Source: Thermoplasmata archaeon (GTDB lineage: Archaea; Thermoplasmatota; Thermoplasmata; RBG-16-68-12; JAFNFQ01). From it: 19,379 nucleotides of DNA. Positions 15,059-19,379 of this stretch are shown one piece after another. Made by a program: the position numbers and the translations under genes. Below the pieces are notes generated by a model. It had not been told where the DNA came from. It did no database searches and saw only the letters and a list, made by a program, of their open reading frames with translations. Position 1 is the stretch's first letter. The number at the start of each line of letters is the position of its first letter. The stretch covers positions 1-19,379 of the forward strand of contig JBGPQV010000031.1 in assembly GCA_041489255.1 (NCBI GenBank), read 5' to 3'.

Positions 15059-18000
15059 TCACGAGCTACCGGCCTTGTCGGTTTCGTCGTCCCGCGGCTT
15101 CCTTGTCTTCAGCAACCTAAGCGCTGCAACCGCCAAGCCCGCGAAAATGATGATCAAGTCGATCGCGGTGCCGGCTCCGAGATATGGCGGTATTTTCAAC
15201 TCCCCGGTCAGGAATGAAACGGTTCCGGTGAAGGCCTCCGTGAGAATGAAGGGCAATGAGGTGATCGCGAAAGCCTTTACCACCGCCATCCTATCCTTCC
15301 CGCCCTGCCAGGGTCTCCTCTTGGATGACCAGACTCCCGCCACGAGCAGGATTATTGCGAAGATCACCGCCACAATCGGCTTGTAGTTCACCGCCACCTC
15401 GATTGGCGGTGGCTGAGGTCCGCTCACGTTCACCACTAGCCACCTCTCCCTCTCCGTGTTGTTCAGCATGTCGTTGGAGTAGTAGGAGATGTTGTGCTCT
15501 CCCTCTGACAAAGTGAAGCCGCCAGAGTACACCGTCCAGTTCCCGCTATCGATTCTGTACCTGGTAACGTTCACCCCGCATCCCGTGTCCGTGGCGGTGA
15601 GGGTGAAGAGGGTGGCGGTAATCGCTTGCATTTCGCTCTGGTGAATAGTCGTGGCAGGAGGAGTGTCGTCCACCGTCGGGTTCATCGAGCTGGCATCTTC
15701 AAAGTTCCCCGCCCAGTCTAGAGACCGCCACTCTATCGTGTGCATGCCTTCCCCCGCCAGGAAGAACGTGCTCGTGGCGGTGTAGTTGACTGGACTCCCG
15801 CTATCGATCATGTAAGTGGTGTTCCTTATCCCAAGTCCGCTCTGGTCAAGGACAGAAAGGGAGAGGGGAGTGGTCGACCTGACGTATGTCGTCATGGCGG
15901 GGGAGGTGTAGTTGGGATTACCGATGACGAGGGATGTGATCGGGCCCGTGACGACCTCGATTGTCCACGTGTAGACGTTGTTCGTCTCGTTCCACTCCGT
16001 CACGTTGTTCCAGTAGTCGACGTCCACAGAAACACGGTAAGAGCCCCGCGTGGCGGGAGACGTCCACGTGGCGGTGAACCTCGGAGAGTCGCCACCCGAA
16101 GCGATTGGACTGACTGCGAAAGCCCGGAATGGCGGGGCGGTTGGAGTCGAGTTGTAGAACGCGAGGACGGTATCGGATGAGGCGGTGGCGTTGCCACCGT
16201 TGTGGACTACCAGGGAAAGGTAGACCGGGGAGGAGAGGCCGACCCTGACTGGCGGGATAGGCTGCTCGTTGATTGGAGAGTAGTCCGGCATCGTGACGGG
16301 AGGTGTGCCGTTGTACCCCGCCACCGCCTCCGCGATTGTCTTCGCGCCTTCCACGTTCCCCGCCACGTCGCTCGCTATCGTGTGGAACCTGTAGTTCCCC
16401 TTGCCGTCGGGGAAGGGAAAAGACCAGGACCACGGCGGCGAGTTCCTCGTGCCGAACGATGTCCACGCGCTCCACGACGTGTTGTCGAGGGGGGCGTGGG
16501 AATAGAGGAGGGTGACGTTCGCCACTCCGCTGAGGTTGTCTGTGGCGGTGGCGTCCACGCTCATCGGCGATGTGGAGTGCCAAGAAGGCGATATCGGGAG
16601 CGCCGTGGAGACCGGCGGGGTGATGTCGTTTCCCATGATTGCCTCGGCGGTGCCCTTCATCCCCTCAGCGTTCCCCGATGCGTCGACGGCGGCGGAGAAG
16701 AAGCTGTAGTATCCTTCACCGTTCGGGTGCATGAAGTCGAATGTCCACGGAGGCGCGGTATCGGTTGCGTATGACGTGTAGAATGGCGGCGAGGAGTTGT
16801 CGGGGGAGTATCCGTAAAAGAGCATCACGTTCGCAACGCCGGTCCTGTCAGTCGCGTTCACTTGTATCGGATTGCCGTTCCAGTACGGGGAAACGGGCAG
16901 AACGTGGGAGACCGGCGGATACGCGTCGATCCAGGGCGCGAAGGCGTATCGCAATTCCCATGCGGTAATGTTGATAGACCTCGAGTAGGCCACATGGGGC
17001 CCATCCTTGGAATCGATGCCGATGGATGGCCTAGCGACTCGTTCCGTTGGATCGGCCACCTCGCCAATCCACGAGCTGCCTGGCCTGCTTGTGTAGTAGA
17101 GAACGTAGGCTGGCGGGCCAAGACTGCCCGTGTGGCCGTAGACGACGTGTGGAGTGTACATGGAGTCGACGGCAATCGAAGTACTCTCCCCGACCTCGCC
17201 AGACGGGGAAATCATCTGAGTGATCCAAGCTGATCCATTCCAGTGTGCATACTTCACGCCATATACTTGGAGGTCTCCGTAGCTGATGTGAGGGAGATCC
17301 CCGGAGTCTAGGTCCAAGGATATCGAATCCTCATATGGATTCGCGCTGGAATCGGGCCCTTCGAGAACCCACCGAGTACCATTCCAATGGTCATATCTCA
17401 ATCCCAGGCCAGGGCCTCCGTCATACGCAATGTGAGGCCAGTCATTGGAATCGAGCTTCATCGAGATATCGCCGGGACCCCCGCTATTCCACCCCGTCAT
17501 CTCGACCATCTGGTAATCCCACGATGAACCGTTCCAGACCGCATACGTGAGGTTATAGGCCGTATTGACCACGTCGCTGTAGTACGCGACATGGGGCCTG
17601 TCCTGCATATCGATGGCGAGAGAGGGCCAGTAGGCTGCGTTGACACCTGGTGGGTTCACGACCTCATGCTCCCACGCTGTCCCATTCCAGTGAGCGAGTC
17701 TCACGTCGAAGTCCCGGCAGCTGGTGTCCCAAGCGCCTGAATACGCTATCCACGGCCTATCCTGAGAATCCAAGGCTATTGATGATCCTTCTCGTGGACA
17801 AATCCCCCACGAGTCCACCTGTTCTGTGGTCCAGCCGCTATCGTTACGATAGGCGTGCATGACGGTCTCGTTTGGCGAACCGCTTGAGTAACTGATGTGC
17901 GGGCGGTTCTGTGTGTCCACCGCGATGGACGAGTCGTCGCCATAGCCGAGACCCCCTGTAGCTACGACCTCAACTGACCATGCGTGCTGGGCGCGTGCGG

Positions 18001-18100
18001 GAGTAACGATGAAGGAGGGAATCGTCATGAGGCTCATGATTATGAACATTGAACATAGAGTCGCAATCAGATGAGACTCAAGCGACCGTTCCTCAGACAC
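15059..18100 (-). CDS. Large cell-surface protein: signal peptide, beta-propeller, two Ig-like repeats, CARDB-like domain, OmpL47-like/Ig modules, 3-TM C-terminal anchor
   Basis: Signal peptide ending PARA; blade repeats SIAxDxxxRPHIxY...YAHWNGxxW; duplicated DxxPPVSxxLPxSPxW...ATD..GVANVxLxY; CARDB-like VDYWNNVTEWNETNN; DDTPPATT...GEHNISYYSND; three terminal hydrophobic helices. Confidence 0.9.
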   Translation of the reverse strand: MSEERSLESHLIATLCSMFIIMSLMTIPSFIVTPARAQHAWSVEVVATGGLGYGDDSSIAVDTQNRPHISYSSGSPNETVMHAYRNDSGWTTEQVDSWGICPREGSSIALDSQDRPWIAYSGAWDTSCRDFDVRLAHWNGTAWEHEVVNPPGVNAAYWPSLAIDMQDRPHVAYYSDVVNTAYNLTYAVWNGSSWDYQMVEMTGWNSGGPGDISMKLDSNDWPHIAYDGGPGLGLRYDHWNGTRWVLEGPDSSANPYEDSISLDLDSGDLPHISYGDLQVYGVKYAHWNGSAWITQMISPSGEVGESTSIAVDSMYTPHVVYGHTGSLGPPAYVLYYTSRPGSSWIGEVADPTERVARPSIGIDSKDGPHVAYSRSINITAWELRYAFAPWIDAYPPVSHVLPVSPYWNGNPIQVNATDRTGVANVMLFYGYSPDNSSPPFYTSYATDTAPPWTFDFMHPNGEGYYSFFSAAVDASGNAEGMKGTAEAIMGNDITPPVSTALPISPSWHSTSPMSVDATATDNLSGVANVTLLYSHAPLDNTSWSAWTSFGTRNSPPWSWSFPFPDGKGNYRFHTIASDVAGNVEGAKTIAEAVAGYNGTPPVTMPDYSPINEQPIPPVRVGLSSPVYLSLVVHNGGNATASSDTVLAFYNSTPTAPPFRAFAVSPIASGGDSPRFTATWTSPATRGSYRVSVDVDYWNNVTEWNETNNVYTWTIEVVTGPITSLVIGNPNYTSPAMTTYVRSTTPLSLSVLDQSGLGIRNTTYMIDSGSPVNYTATSTFFLAGEGMHTIEWRSLDWAGNFEDASSMNPTVDDTPPATTIHQSEMQAITATLFTLTATDTGCGVNVTRYRIDSGNWTVYSGGFTLSEGEHNISYYSNDMLNNTERERWLVVNVSGPQPPPIEVAVNYKPIVAVIFAIILLVAGVWSSKRRPWQGGKDRMAVVKAFAITSLPFILTEAFTGTVSFLTGELKIPPYLGAGTAIDLIIIFAGLAVAALRLLKTRKPRDDETDKAGSS

Positions 18101-18133
18101 ATAAACCCCTCATAATTTCATCGGACTCGGAGG

Positions 18134-18140
18134 ATATATA
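18134..18140 (-). promoter_or_regulatory. Putative TATA box (TATATAT); SD-like GAGGGG lies between it and the start
   Basis: Located 34-40 nt upstream of GTG 18100. Confidence 0.5.
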
Positions 18141-18222
18141 CCTTGTTATCGCGGCGTTCGAGCGGTGATTCGCTCCCATGTTTGACATCGAGATTTCCCT
18201 TGGACCGTGGCAGGGTGGAGTC

Positions 18223-18241
18223 GGGGGCCGAAAGTGCCCCC
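18223..18241 (-). terminator. GC-rich hairpin 9 nt after the stop of the upstream propeller gene
   Basis: GGGGGC-N7-GCCCCC; no U-tract, so the function is uncertain. Confidence 0.4.
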
Positions 18242-18250
18242 ATATCCGTC

Positions 18251-19379
18251 CTAGATCCAGTGCCAAATCCGCAGATGGCCGTTCAGCGTACCCCTGGCAT
18301 CCTTCGCCTGTCCGCCGGAAATGATCTCGACATCGCTATCGCCGTCGACATTCTTCGCATAGACTGCGTGCACTTGAGTTTCGCCGATGACGTACCAGTT
18401 ATTCCAGCCCTTCAGAACCAGGTTGGTTCCGTCGAAGTTGAATGTGACGATCTGCCCGTTCTGGGTGCCGCCGAGTGTTCCGAAACCTCCTGCGAATATC
18501 TCGAGGTCGCTTGTGCCGGAAACGTCTACGGCGAAGGTCGCGTGGCATTCGGTCGTCGTGCCGTTTTGCCAGCCGTATTTAGCTACGCGTGGTAGGTCAT
18601 TGCCCGCAGAGTTGTAGTAGTCGATCTCGACAAACGCATGCATTCCGTTTTCCTCGTACCGACCGCATGCGGCGATTTTCTGGCCATTGCCTGACTTAAG
18701 TTCCCCTGCGAAGACCGCGAAGAACTCAGTGGGGATATTGTTGCTGTATTGGCTGAAACGTGCGGTTACGAACGATAGAGATCCGCCTGTGTAGTTGTAC
18801 ACGCGAACCTCGCCGTACTTCTGCGATGTGTCGTAGTAGTAACCCGCCGTGATGACTTCCTTTGTGGAATTCCAGCTCACATTTTCGATGAAGACCGACC
18901 TCGCCTGGACGTCCTGACCCCCTCCAACGATGTGGCCCCACTCTTTCGAATCCTTCAGCGTGAGATACGTTCCATCCCAGTTGAATACATAGAGTTTGCC
19001 AACGACATCGTTGGTCGCGAAATTGCGCTCCCCGACCGCAGCAATCTCCGGGTAGTTGTTCCCGTTGATTTCGGCCACGAACACCGATCTCATCGTGGAA
19101 TCGATGGCTTGGCTCGCCTCCCTGTCCAACGTCAGTGTGGAACCATCCCATCGCCAGATCGCCAGATGGTCGTGGTAGTGACCTTGCCAGTCAACGTAAT
19201 ACCCGACTGTGATTATCTCCACGTCGTTGTCGTTGTCCAGCACAGCAGCGTAGACGCTGCGGAACACGGAGTTCGTCGAGTTTGTGCCCATGACATATTC
19301 ATAGTCCTTCTCGAGCGTCAGGACGTCGCTGGTGTCGTTCCAGTTCCATATTCTCAGCTGAGCCTTCGTCGCTGCAGGA
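18251..19379 (-). CDS. FG-GAP/VCBS-like beta-propeller repeat protein, 5'-truncated by the window edge
   Basis: The frame is open to the window end (PAATKAQLRIWNWND...). It has repeats of SVxxxxxDxDxDxEIxxxG...GxLxIWxWDGxxLTL. Confidence 0.85.
   Translation of the reverse strand, partial: PAATKAQLRIWNWNDTSDVLTLEKDYEYVMGTNSTNSVFRSVYAAVLDNDNDVEIITVGYYVDWQGHYHDHLAIWRWDGSTLTLDREASQAIDSTMRSVFVAEINGNNYPEIAAVGERNFATNDVVGKLYVFNWDGTYLTLKDSKEWGHIVGGGQDVQARSVFIENVSWNSTKEVITAGYYYDTSQKYGEVRVYNYTGGSLSFVTARFSQYSNNIPTEFFAVFAGELKSGNGQKIAACGRYEENGMHAFVEIDYYNSAGNDLPRVAKYGWQNGTTTECHATFAVDVSGTSDLEIFAGGFGTLGGTQNGQIVTFNFDGTNLVLKGWNNWYVIGETQVHAVYAKNVDGDSDVEIISGGQAKDARGTLNGHLRIWHWI

Overview
Archaeal genomic window, most likely an uncultured Thermoplasmatota/Thermoplasmata lineage. 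This is inferred from archaeal FEN1, a KaiC-like domain, TATA-box promoters, and the style of the PKD/propeller surface proteins. Recognisable genes are two different DUF72-family proteins (one with a DUF2795-like tail, one with a PIP-like motif and a SWIM-like Zn finger), an SDR/FabG, flap endonuclease 1, and a LarA-family racemase. There is also a 6-TM + long coiled-coil + degenerate KaiC-like protein, and three large beta-propeller surface proteins, the last truncated by the window end. Two accessory inserts stand out. The first (~3830-5780) is a scar region with a Cys-rich hydrophobic peptide coupled to a multi-TM protein, a second interrupted Cys-rich frame and an orphan PKD remnant, suggesting decayed toxin-tip/immunity cassettes. 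The second (9067-10170) is a PIN-like + acidic Ca-loop (LecB/DUF4114-like) fusion gene behind a 20-bp palindrome. Two intergenic arrays have an 11-bp period. No rRNA, tRNA, CRISPR array or transposase was recognised. All family calls are by motif recognition only; no searches were run.
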